Source of the DNA: an uncultured archaeon
GTDB lineage: Archaea; Altiarchaeota; Altiarchaeia; IMC4; SCGC-AAA252-I15
Length of the DNA stretch: 64,000 nucleotides
Direction of reading: 5' to 3'
Assembly (NCBI GenBank): GCA_964587725.1
Contig: CAZPLO010000001.1
Span: 128,001-192,000, forward strand
A program made the position numbers and the translations under genes. Below are positions 40,313 through 49,222 of this stretch, piece after piece. The notes under the pieces are model-generated. The model worked only from the letters and a program-made list of their open reading frames with translations, did not search any database and was not told the origin of the DNA. Position 1 is the first letter of the stretch. Each line of letters starts with the position of its first letter.

Positions 40313-42295
40313 ATGAGGCGGATTCCCTCCTTAATCCTGCTGGTTCTGCTCGCCTCCACAGTATTAGCCGACGGCGGAGTCTACACAGCCTACTCATACG
40401 GCGAAGACACGCTCTCGCTCATGCCCGAGGACGTACAGTACGCGTACATTGAACACGGCGGCGGAGTGGAGGAGCTGAGGGTGGCCGTCAAGACCAGATT
40501 CGACGGTGAGCAGATGTTCTGGATTCTCCCCCTGCCCGCCAGGGCGGAGGACGTGGAAGTCGACGTCCTAGAGGGCTTCCCGGAGTTCAGCGGCCACGAA
40601 GTGAACAGCAGGGCAGGGTACATAATACATCAGTCGCGTGGAATCCTGTTGGCAACCCAGCTGTACACGATACCGTTCTCACCCCTCATGTACGGGTTCA
40701 GCCCCTGCGGAGTATTCAGCATGGGCGGGGGAAGGGGAGACGGTGTTTCAGCAGCCAGCGACTCCGGCGTCAGGGTGGAGGCGCATATGGAGAAAAAGGG
40801 ACTGACCCTCGAAGCCTTGAAGGCTGACGACTGGAGTTCGCTCGACAACTACCTGCAGATGAAGGGCGTTAAACTGCCAGACAGCTCCAGAGACGTCATT
40901 GGAGAATACGTAGGCGGCGGATACTCCTTCATGGTTGCGTGGGTGTCCGACGCCGGCGAATACGCCCGCCACTCATCAGACACGCTTTCGATGAAGGCCC
41001 GGTTCCCGTCGAAGAAGATATTCTATCCCATGAAGCTTACCTCGGTCTACGGCGAACAGAGGGTTCCCATCAGAGTATACGTCAAAGGCTTCGTCCAGCC
41101 GGAGCCGAGCAGCAGCAGAGAATATTCTTTGCACACAGGCTATTACGGCGGCGACACGCCTTACACCAAGATAAGCGTTAACGCCCGCGCACGCGACTTG
41201 AACGAGGACCTGTGGCTCAACAGTGAAAAGTCGCTGAAGACAACGGCAGCCTACGCCATCGGCAGAAACACTATCCTGGCTCCAGCAACCATATTCCTGT
41301 ACGCCAGCTGCATAGCAGCGTTGATTGCAGGCTACGTCGTGCACGGACGCAGGCACCCGCTGACGTCCTACATGAAAATAGGCATCTACAATTTCGCCAC
41401 GGTGTTGGGGGTCTACCACGCGGCAGACAACCTGGAGACTGAGAAACACTTCGGAATAGACACTGTGTTACTGTGGGTTTTAGGGGGCCTGCCAGCCATA
41501 ACAGTCGTGGCGGCGGTGGCACCCAAGGCTGTGACAGCGCTGCTGTTCGCCGTCTTCACCGGCGTCTCCCTCAGACAGTATCTGAAGTCTAAGTCGTTCC
41601 CCTGGATGATGCTCACGGCAACATACGCTCTACTGTACCTGGAAGAGTTCATCCCGAAGGCGTTTGATTCATCTGCCCTACTGACCATATTCTACGCCAT
41701 GCTGGTGCCTCTCCTCTATATGACCTCAATTTTATATCTCCTGTTTGCGGCAGCATACTTCATAATCGTCAGCTTCCCGCTCCAGACGGCGGTGGCCCTG
41801 TTGGCCCTGTTGGTCTACTTCAGGAAAGACATTCTGTCGTGGTGGGGGAGGATAACGTCGGCAAAGCGTTTCACCCTCGTCTTCACCGTCTACTTCACGC
41901 TGCTGGTACTGCTGACCACCCAGGCGCTCCTGAGCGTCTACCAGCCGGACATATACAGGGGAGGCACATTGGTATCTCATGGATTCAATCGCATCAAACC
42001 GCAGCTGGCGGGCACGGGAATCCGCGGCGGCGAGGGAGTGTTCATGGCCATGTTCACCAACGGCGTGGGCAGAAACATTGACGTCACCGGCGTACTGGTC
42101 GAAGGCGACGATGTCATCTGCGAAGGATACAGCGAGCCCACGCGCGTCGGCGCAGGAGACAACTTCCGGGTGACAGCCCACGACTGCGTGAAGGGAACGC
42201 CGGGCGACCTATACAGTGTAACCGTTACATTAGACTATGAAGTTGACGGCGAAAACTACTATGAAGAGGGTTTTATACGGGGGCCGTTCGAGTAA
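40313..42295 (+). CDS. DUF2330-like exported domain + polytopic segment + C-terminal pilin-like domain
   Basis: Signal peptide, AYI.H..G.E.L, WILPLP, YPMKLTS; about 8 TMs; C-terminus GF.RIKPQLAG..FTNGVG..IRGPFE. Confidence 0.6.
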   Translation: MRRIPSLILLVLLASTVLADGGVYTAYSYGEDTLSLMPEDVQYAYIEHGGGVEELRVAVKTRFDGEQMFWILPLPARAEDVEVDVLEGFPEFSGHEVNSRAGYIIHQSRGILLATQLYTIPFSPLMYGFSPCGVFSMGGGRGDGVSAASDSGVRVEAHMEKKGLTLEALKADDWSSLDNYLQMKGVKLPDSSRDVIGEYVGGGYSFMVAWVSDAGEYARHSSDTLSMKARFPSKKIFYPMKLTSVYGEQRVPIRVYVKGFVQPEPSSSREYSLHTGYYGGDTPYTKISVNARARDLNEDLWLNSEKSLKTTAAYAIGRNTILAPATIFLYASCIAALIAGYVVHGRRHPLTSYMKIGIYNFATVLGVYHAADNLETEKHFGIDTVLLWVLGGLPAITVVAAVAPKAVTALLFAVFTGVSLRQYLKSKSFPWMMLTATYALLYLEEFIPKAFDSSALLTIFYAMLVPLLYMTSILYLLFAAAYFIIVSFPLQTAVALLALLVYFRKDILSWWGRITSAKRFTLVFTVYFTLLVLLTTQALLSVYQPDIYRGGTLVSHGFNRIKPQLAGTGIRGGEGVFMAMFTNGVGRNIDVTGVLVEGDDVICEGYSEPTRVGAGDNFRVTAHDCVKGTPGDLYSVTVTLDYEVDGENYYEEGFIRGPFE

Positions 42296-42328
42296 AAGGT
42301 TATTAAAAAGGAAAGAGAATAGGTTAAC

Positions 42329-42673
42329 ATGGACTATAAACCCGCTCCGCAGGATGACCGGGTTAACGAGCATTTGTTTGAAATCGATTTGGAGCGGAGC
42401 CGCGTCTACTGGGATTACTACAAGAGCATGTTTCTGGTGTTTTCGATGGCGTTGGCTGCGGCCATGGTTTGTGTGACGTTGATTTACACGAAAGGCGGGT
42501 TGACGCTGGTGCCGACGGTCGGCATCATACTGCTGCTGTTCCTGTGTGTCATACTGTTGAGTGCGCTGATGAGCCTTACCATATGGCGGCACGAAAACAA
42601 GCACTTGGACGAGCTCGCCGCCGTGGAAGTCGGCGAGGCGGAGAAGCCCGTCAGCGGACAGCCGCTGGTTTAG
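42329..42673 (+). CDS. Small 2-TM hypothetical protein
   Basis: Two hydrophobic helices. Confidence 0.6.
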   Translation: MDYKPAPQDDRVNEHLFEIDLERSRVYWDYYKSMFLVFSMALAAAMVCVTLIYTKGGLTLVPTVGIILLLFLCVILLSALMSLTIWRHENKHLDELAAVEVGEAEKPVSGQPLV

Positions 42674-42990
42674 GATGTCTTCACTGCGGTGCCGTAGACT
42701 AATATTTCAGCCATCTGCTGCCCTATTTGGGAGGTGGTGAACCGGACATTCACCACCGCCGTGGCGCCCATCTTTTCAGCGTCGTCAAGCATTCTTTCGA
42801 TTGCTTGGTCGCGCGCCTCCTCCAGGAGTTTGCTGTATTCCTTGACTTCCCCGCCGACGATGTTGCGGAGGCCTGCGAGGAAGTCTGCTCCGAACCATTT
42901 AGCGCGGACGCTGCTGCCCCGCACCACACCCATTATCTCAGTAATCTCCTGCCCTGTTATTTCGGGCGTAGTCACATACTTCATTTTCAT
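42670..42990 (-). CDS. YbjQ/UPF0145 family protein
   Basis: RNIVGGE, AR..A..RM...A...GA.AVV.VRF, YGTAV. Confidence 0.93.
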   Translation of the reverse strand: MKMKYVTTPEITGQEITEIMGVVRGSSVRAKWFGADFLAGLRNIVGGEVKEYSKLLEEARDQAIERMLDDAEKMGATAVVNVRFTTSQIGQQMAEILVYGTAVKTS

Positions 42991-43022
42991 AATTATTTAT
43001 AATTTTGGCTTATTTTTTTAGA

Positions 43023-44282
43023 TTATTTCCATTTGTCTAGGGCCTGGTTGAGTTCTGGGTGCTTATCCGCGTACTCCTGGAGCGTCTGCCCCTCCAGAAC
43101 CGCGTCTACCGCCTGACGTGCCGCGGACGCCCCTGAACGAGTGCCCCGGGGGTGGCCGTGTATGCCGCCACCCAACTGTATGATAATATCCGACCCCATC
43201 AGCTCCATCAGTTGGTCTATCAGCCCCGGGTGCAGCCCCCCGGACGCGACGGGGAAGGTTGGTTTCATCCCCTGCCAGTTTTGCGGTAATCGGTTTACGT
43301 CCTCGGCAACTTTGTCGGCGGTTATCTCCTCCTTTATCGACAGCACCTCCCTGGCCGGGCCCTCCATCTTACCGACGGCGGTGCCTATGTGCAGCTGGTC
43401 CATGCCGACGAGACGGCAGAGTTTGGCGAGCGCCAGCATACTCAGTCCGTGTTTCTTGTTCCTCGTCAACGCAGCGTGCATTGCGCGGTGGGCGTGCAAC
43501 ACCAACCCTATGTCCTGATTTCTCACAGTCTGCAGCGCACTGAACCCCAGGGTGACGACGTCCACCATCGCATACCTTCCGTTGTGGTCTTTCACGTATT
43601 CGAGGCGGCGGAGCATCTCAGCAGACTCGGCCGTAATATTGGCCATGTAGACCTTGTTTTCCCCGGTCTCCTGCTCCGCCTTGTTCCTCGCCTCCAATGT
43701 CTCCACCACCCGCTCGTCGAACGGGTTGAACGACTGGCTGGTGAGGTTCTCGTCGTCTTTCACGACGTCGCATCCGCCGACCCACGCCTCATACGCGACC
43801 TTCGCATGCTCCCGCGGATTCAAACCCACCTTCGGCTTCACGATGGTTCCGACGAGAGGTCGTTCTTTCACATCCAGTATATCGCGCACACCCCCTATGC
43901 CGAAGTTCGGGCCCTTGAATGATTTCACGTATGTCTCAGGCAACGTGAAGTCGAGGAGTCTTAGGTTGTTGAGCGCCTTCATGCCGTATATGTTGCCTGC
44001 TATGCTGGACAGCAGCTGCGGCACGTTCCCGAGCTCGAACAGTTCCAGTGGATACGCTATCTTAACCTGCTTGGCGGACTCGTCCATGCTAAAGACGTGC
44101 GGCTGAAGCCTGCCGCGTATCTCATCCTTCATGGTCTTCACGTCCGTCCACGTGCCGATGCTGGATTCGGCTGTGACGTGAACTGCGGCATCTTCCAAAC
44201 TCAAACCTTCGGACGGCTCGACATAGAACAGACAGGTTAAATCCTCCTTCCCCGGCTCATAGCCCAAGTCAACGTACGACAT
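43023..44282 (-). CDS. rbcL: RuBisCO large subunit, archaeal form III
   Basis: AESSIGTWT, AGN, IVKPKVGL, KDDE, HAHRAMH, GTAVGKMEG, SGGLHP, GGG; start ATG44282. Confidence 0.95.
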   Translation of the reverse strand: MSYVDLGYEPGKEDLTCLFYVEPSEGLSLEDAAVHVTAESSIGTWTDVKTMKDEIRGRLQPHVFSMDESAKQVKIAYPLELFELGNVPQLLSSIAGNIYGMKALNNLRLLDFTLPETYVKSFKGPNFGIGGVRDILDVKERPLVGTIVKPKVGLNPREHAKVAYEAWVGGCDVVKDDENLTSQSFNPFDERVVETLEARNKAEQETGENKVYMANITAESAEMLRRLEYVKDHNGRYAMVDVVTLGFSALQTVRNQDIGLVLHAHRAMHAALTRNKKHGLSMLALAKLCRLVGMDQLHIGTAVGKMEGPAREVLSIKEEITADKVAEDVNRLPQNWQGMKPTFPVASGGLHPGLIDQLMELMGSDIIIQLGGGIHGHPRGTRSGASAARQAVDAVLEGQTLQEYADKHPELNQALDKWK

Positions 44283-44351
44283 ATGTGAGATATGAGAGCC
44301 GTCGGTTAAAAGAAGCCCCCCCATTTAAGCAGACACTACCCAGAATATAGT

Positions 44352-45268
44352 ATGGGCGTTGAGCTGCTGGAGAGAGGCGGGGGAATACCCGACAGGCTGA
44401 TGCCGGAGCTCATAGAAAACGGCATTAAACCCTCTAACGCATTGGATTTAATGTCCGGGTACGCGGAGTCGCTGGACGGTGTTGACATAGTAACAGCCGA
44501 CGTTCTGAAGTATGTGGGTGTGCCGGTGAAGGGAGACCTACCTGAGAAGACGGTGGTGCACCGTCTCTACACGGAACCCAACACATATCCGCCCACCGGC
44601 GAACCACAGGTTGTCTCCACGGCCTTCGGATTGGAGAGAAGCGAGTGGGACCCCCAGACAAACGTGGAGAACCACTGGCAGTGGCTGGAGCCGCCAGAGA
44701 AGGCGGTGGACGAAGACTTCAACGCATACCGCAGTGTCAGCCAGCGAGCCGACGTGTCTATGCACTGGAAAATCCACGCCGTCTTGGGAGGTGAACCGTA
44801 TTTGGCAGTCAACCCCGTGCAGTACAGCAGCTTCCCTGCTCAGGAGCAGGAATGGGTTCTGGAGGAGATGAGGGATACGTTGAGGGTGCTTGACGGGGAG
44901 GAGCCAAGGACAGGTGGAATGTCAGTGACAGATTCAGTGAAACAGATGTGGAAAACCCGGCTAAGGCGTCCAAGCTTCGGGGTAAAATCAGGTGGGGGAT
45001 ACGAAAGCTGGAAGACAACGCCAACGCCAGCGTGTTCCTGCACCACGACCGGGACAGGATAGCTGTGGCGTTGTCGGTCAAAGCGGCGGCAGACATGGGT
45101 TTCGACAGGGTGGCGTTTCCATCGGAGGAGACGCTGAGGCGGCGGTGGCCGGACATAACAGACTCCACGGTCGGAAACTACGGCAGACTCGCCGAATACG
45201 CCAAACAAAACACACTGGGGGTAAGGGTTTTCAGGTATGGGCCGGATTTAAGGCTGAAGCCTGCGTAA
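44352..45268 (+). pseudogene. Hypothetical gene split by a -1 frameshift near 44894-44950
   Basis: ORF 44352-45062 ends in a junk-like tail; the -1 frame is open from 44894 to 45268. Confidence 0.55.
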
Positions 45269-45278
45269 AAAGTATACG

Positions 45279-46199
45279 ATGGCCGTGAAACCAAGGTTCT
45301 ACGTGGTGAAGAATGGACAGCTGAACCCCGTTAATGTGTCGCAGTATGGGAGGGAGATTATGGGGGACGACCCCACGCTCCTCCCCGCGCCGGTGGAGAT
45401 ACAGGACGTCAAGGTTGTTGAAGACGTCGGCTCGCTCGGCGACGGAGAAGTTGTGGCGGAACAGAACGGTAAACGGTTCCATCTAGCCACCAAAAGAGTA
45501 GAGGGTGAAGGCATTTCCCCGGGTGATGGAGTGTTGGGCGGCGCGGAACGGCAACTGCTGAAAAAGGTCATCAGAGAGTACAACCGCATGTACGAGCCCG
45601 GCGGCGAAGAATACGACATCGGAGACGACTTCTTCGAGGTGATGGAGGACGCAGACCATGTGAACCCCGTCGACGCCTTGCGGGGGGAGAAGGGAAGCGA
45701 GGTCGTCAAGGCATTGAAGGAGCTTCCGGAAACAACAAGGAGGAAGGTGCTGAATGCCTACGAAGCAGCCGTCAAGGATATGAGGCCGGGACAGCTTCAC
45801 GTATGCAGGGACTTCCGGCGGGAGTTCACTGCCGCGTTGGAGACCAGGGAGGAGAGGATACACAGGAGGGTTGCTACGCTGGGCGGAGAAAGAAAAAAAT
45901 TAAGCCATGCTGAATTCAACGTCCTGGACTCCATGATGGACGCCATAATAGAGCCGTTAAGCGGCGAACAACTCGATAAGGAGAATTTCCTCGAAACACA
46001 CCCCGTCGGAAGGCTCCTGCTGACCGAGGACCGGCAGGAGATTATGAAGGGCCTGGGGAAACTCAGCCCAGGGGACAGGGAGAAGTTCATCGTGTACGCG
46101 GACGCCGCCGAAAAACGGCTGAAAAAAGGAGACATCTACGGGAGAGACGAGCAACGGTTCCTCAAGCAGATGAGGAAAGCCGCGGGACAAAGTAGTTAG
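45279..46199 (+). CDS. Orphan protein, paralog of the next gene, with two helical modules
   Basis: Shares RF.V...G.L, LP.P..I.DVK.V and VLGG.ER..LK with 46239-46832. Confidence 0.7.
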   Translation: MAVKPRFYVVKNGQLNPVNVSQYGREIMGDDPTLLPAPVEIQDVKVVEDVGSLGDGEVVAEQNGKRFHLATKRVEGEGISPGDGVLGGAERQLLKKVIREYNRMYEPGGEEYDIGDDFFEVMEDADHVNPVDALRGEKGSEVVKALKELPETTRRKVLNAYEAAVKDMRPGQLHVCRDFRREFTAALETREERIHRRVATLGGERKKLSHAEFNVLDSMMDAIIEPLSGEQLDKENFLETHPVGRLLLTEDRQEIMKGLGKLSPGDREKFIVYADAAEKRLKKGDIYGRDEQRFLKQMRKAAGQSS

Positions 46200-46238
46200 A
46201 CAACGGCGTATATTTACGAAAGGTTCTCTAGTTCTATT

Positions 46239-46832
46239 ATGGCCCAGAAGCGGAGGTTCTTCGTCAAAACAAGAGGCAGTCTCAGGGAGTTCGACGTTGA
46301 AGAACACGGTGGACTATACGTGCCCCGGCAGAGGAAGGGCATCAGCTTACGGCCTAAACCGGAACTGCCCGAACCGTTTGTGATAGACGACGTCAAGATG
46401 GTAACGGGCGACAACGAAATCCTCGAGGGGGAGCTTGCCGTCAGAACCGGGAAGAGCCTCTTCAGGGTTCACCCGCGTGAGGGGGAGAAGCCTGCTTTCA
46501 CGGACAAACCCGTGCTGGGGGGTTTGGAGAGGGGTGTGCTTAAGTCTCTTCAGGGGGCGGCTGAAATAACGGCCGCCCACCCCGGCCACTACCCTGGAGT
46601 GGATTTCAAGGGTGTCGCGGAGGCGCTGTCGCCGGAAAGCACCCTGACGGAGGGCAGCAGCAGCATGGAGGAAATCCTGGTTCACACAAGCGGGCTGACG
46701 CCGTTGGACCGAGCCTTCATCGCCACCATGGCGGACGAGAAACTGAGGTTCCCCCAGACCGACTCTGAAAAACAATTCCTGATCCGGCTGCGCAACGAAG
46801 TGCTGCAGCAGAACCGCGACGAACAATACTAA
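46239..46832 (+). CDS. Orphan protein, paralog of the previous gene, with one helical module
   Basis: Same shared motifs as the previous gene. Confidence 0.7.
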   Translation: MAQKRRFFVKTRGSLREFDVEEHGGLYVPRQRKGISLRPKPELPEPFVIDDVKMVTGDNEILEGELAVRTGKSLFRVHPREGEKPAFTDKPVLGGLERGVLKSLQGAAEITAAHPGHYPGVDFKGVAEALSPESTLTEGSSSMEEILVHTSGLTPLDRAFIATMADEKLRFPQTDSEKQFLIRLRNEVLQQNRDEQY

Positions 46833-47413
46833 ACCCTGCCTTTCGTGCTTGGTACGTCGGAGCCCGTTACCCTTGAAGATTCCTTCAACGCCTTCGCCAG
46901 CGCCTTGAAGGTGGCTTCGACTTTGTGGTGGTCGTTTCTGCCCTCGACTTTGACGTTAAGGTTGAATCTACCGTTCAACGCCATGCTTTCGAGGAGGTGT
47001 TCGATGTTTTCCTTGCTGACGTCCCCCACTTTTCTCTCATGGAATTCGCTGAACGGCAAATCTATTTTGGCGTACGGGCGGCCCGACAAATCAACGGCGA
47101 CTTCGGCGCGGCTGTCGTCCATTGGAACAATTGCGTGGGCCATCCGGTTAATCCCTTTCTTGTCGCCCAAAGACTTCAACAATGCTTCGCCCAACACGAT
47201 GCCCATGTCCTCGACAAGGTGGTGGTCGTCGACGTCAACGTCGCCTTCGGCTTTGACCTTCAAGTCGAATCCGCTGTGTTTGCTGAAGTTTTCGAGCATG
47301 TGGTTGAGGAACTTCAGTGGAGTGTCGATTGAAGACTTACCTGCGCCGTCGAGGTTCAGTTCAAGCTTGACTTGCGTTTCCTTCGTCTCCCGCTCAACCT
47401 TCGCAGACCGCAT
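46829..47413 (-). CDS. hisB: Imidazoleglycerol-phosphate dehydratase
   Basis: RETKET, DDHH.VED, PMDD, NDHH..EA.FKA, PSTKG. Confidence 0.97.
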   Translation of the reverse strand: MRSAKVERETKETQVKLELNLDGAGKSSIDTPLKFLNHMLENFSKHSGFDLKVKAEGDVDVDDHHLVEDMGIVLGEALLKSLGDKKGINRMAHAIVPMDDSRAEVAVDLSGRPYAKIDLPFSEFHERKVGDVSKENIEHLLESMALNGRFNLNVKVEGRNDHHKVEATFKALAKALKESSRVTGSDVPSTKGRV

Positions 47414-47414
47414 C

Positions 47415-47705
47415 TTATTTGAACAGTTTCTTTATCTTGTCCAGTTCGCCGGACGTCTTCCGCTTCATAACCTTGACCGTCCAGTACAGGACCAGCACCT
47501 TCCACATCCGGCGGAGAACCCAGACCACGAACACGCCCACGATTATGAGGGGCAGCAGGAATATTAGGCTCAGGCCGAATATGAAGTACAGGGGAATCGA
47601 CAGCAGCAGGCTACCCAGCAGGTCCTTCCGGTCCGGCATGAACAGCCGCTTGAACAATGCGAACAGCTTCTTAACCACCATTAATACCATCGAAACAGGG
47701 TTCAT
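47415..47705 (-). CDS. Small membrane protein
   Basis: Hydrophobic core; tightly coupled to both neighbours. Confidence 0.55.
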   Translation of the reverse strand: MNPVSMVLMVVKKLFALFKRLFMPDRKDLLGSLLLSIPLYFIFGLSLIFLLPLIIVGVFVVWVLRRMWKVLVLYWTVKVMKRKTSGELDKIKKLFK

Positions 47706-48541
47706 CGTAAAGTATTCTGCAGGATGTTAAATAACTTCCGGTTACCGGCCCCCAAGAGCTGAACACGCAGCTCAGGGTCCAATGGCAGGTTCTCCGGGAA
47801 ATAAGAGCCCCCGTATTCGAGGCATGCGCCGGCCTCACTGCACAACAGTATCCCTGCGGCGACGTCGTATGTCTTTGGAGCTGCCGTGAAATCCGGGGCT
47901 CGAAGGTCAAGTAGCAGGTCTATTCTCCCCGCCGCAAGGTACGCGAGCTCCAGTGCTGTGGCGCCGTAGCACTTCACCCACACGCTCCGCTCAACACGGT
48001 CGGTGAAATGTGAGATGGCGTTCACAGCTTTGGAGTGCATCTGGTACGCGCCCGCGAAGTGGCTGCCCAACGCAAGAACTGCATCGTCCAGGGTTTCTTT
48101 CCCGGACGGGTTTACCTGTTCACCGTTTAGTCTGGCGCCGCCTCCGCGGACGGCGGTGAATTCTTCGTCGGCGTCGAACCGTTCCACCACCGCGCACGAC
48201 GCTTGTGACAGTTCAACTGCATTCAACTCGTAGGCGGCTATGCTGCAGCAGTGGAACGGCAGCTGCCGGCGGGCGTTCCTGGAGCCGTCCAGCGGGTCCA
48301 CCATGAACACGTACTCCGGTTTTCCATAGTCGACTGCCCCGCGGTCTTCAGTCAGCACCCTGCACGGCGTATTCAGCGAGCTGAAGTATTCTTCGACGGC
48401 GGCCTCCAACGGGACGTCCACCTCGTATGTTGCGTCTCCGGTGGCCGCGTAGGATACTTTTTCGGTGTAGTTGCCGGTGTATTCCACCGCGGCCAACTTA
48501 AGTGTTTGAGCCAGCTTCAGGCACAAATCCAGCAGCGACAT
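47702..48541 (-). CDS. Inositol monophosphatase-family (FIG) phosphatase
   Basis: TED, VDPLDGS, G.TALEL.Y.A.G, DVAAG. Confidence 0.9.
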   Translation of the reverse strand: MSLLDLCLKLAQTLKLAAVEYTGNYTEKVSYAATGDATYEVDVPLEAAVEEYFSSLNTPCRVLTEDRGAVDYGKPEYVFMVDPLDGSRNARRQLPFHCCSIAAYELNAVELSQASCAVVERFDADEEFTAVRGGGARLNGEQVNPSGKETLDDAVLALGSHFAGAYQMHSKAVNAISHFTDRVERSVWVKCYGATALELAYLAAGRIDLLLDLRAPDFTAAPKTYDVAAGILLCSEAGACLEYGGSYFPENLPLDPELRVQLLGAGNRKLFNILQNTLR

Positions 48542-48547
48542 GTTAGC

Positions 48548-49222
48548 CTATAGGCGGTGGACGGTTAAACGTCTGCTAAACCGTCTGAAGACGCGCAGGA
48601 ACAACGGCCCCATCAACGCCATGAAGAACACGTTGCCTACTGCGCGGGCGGTGTTCGCCAGCATCCCAGACGCCAATACGCCTATGAACGACTCCAACGT
48701 GTGGGCGGGTATGAACGCCATCCACGAGAAGACGTCTACAACTGCGCCGTAGAGGTAGGCTATTATTACCGAGTAGACGGTTAACGGCAGAATCTCCCGG
48801 CGTATCCGGGGGATGAAGGCTGCGAACGCCCCCGCCAATCCGATGCCGAGCATCTGGAACGGCGTCCACGGCCCGTGGCCGAGGAAGAAGTTGGATGTGA
48901 ACATTGACAGCGCGCCGACCGCGAATCCGGTGGTGAACCCGAACACATACCCTGCTAGTATTACTATGAAGAATACGGGGCTGAACTCGATGCCGTGGAG
49001 CAGCTGCCGTGAGGCGACCGTCAACGCGACCAAGACCGCGACCAACACAATGGGCCTGGAGTCGGAGTGGCGTTCCTCGAACTCTATGAGGAGGAGGACG
49101 ACCATCAGCGTGGACGCGGAGACCGCGTACACAAGCCAGCTGAACGACGGCCACACAACTATTGAAGCGTACACCGCAGCCAGCAGCAGCCACACCCCCG
49201 CCTTCAACACCTTAGTCGACAC
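48548..49222 (-). CDS. ECF transporter S component (CbrT-like)
   Basis: P.FFIVIL.G..FG...GF.VG, SNFFLG.GPWTPFQM. Confidence 0.85.
   Translation of the reverse strand: MSTKVLKAGVWLLLAAVYASIVVWPSFSWLVYAVSASTLMVVLLLIEFEERHSDSRPIVLVAVLVALTVASRQLLHGIEFSPVFFIVILAGYVFGFTTGFAVGALSMFTSNFFLGHGPWTPFQMLGIGLAGAFAAFIPRIRREILPLTVYSVIIAYLYGAVVDVFSWMAFIPAHTLESFIGVLASGMLANTARAVGNVFFMALMGPLFLRVFRRFSRRLTVHRL

Noticed and set aside
45060-45062. Pyrrolysine/stop readthrough at TAG
   Set aside because: The sequence before and after the TAG in this frame looks non-coding; the -1 frame explains the downstream protein.
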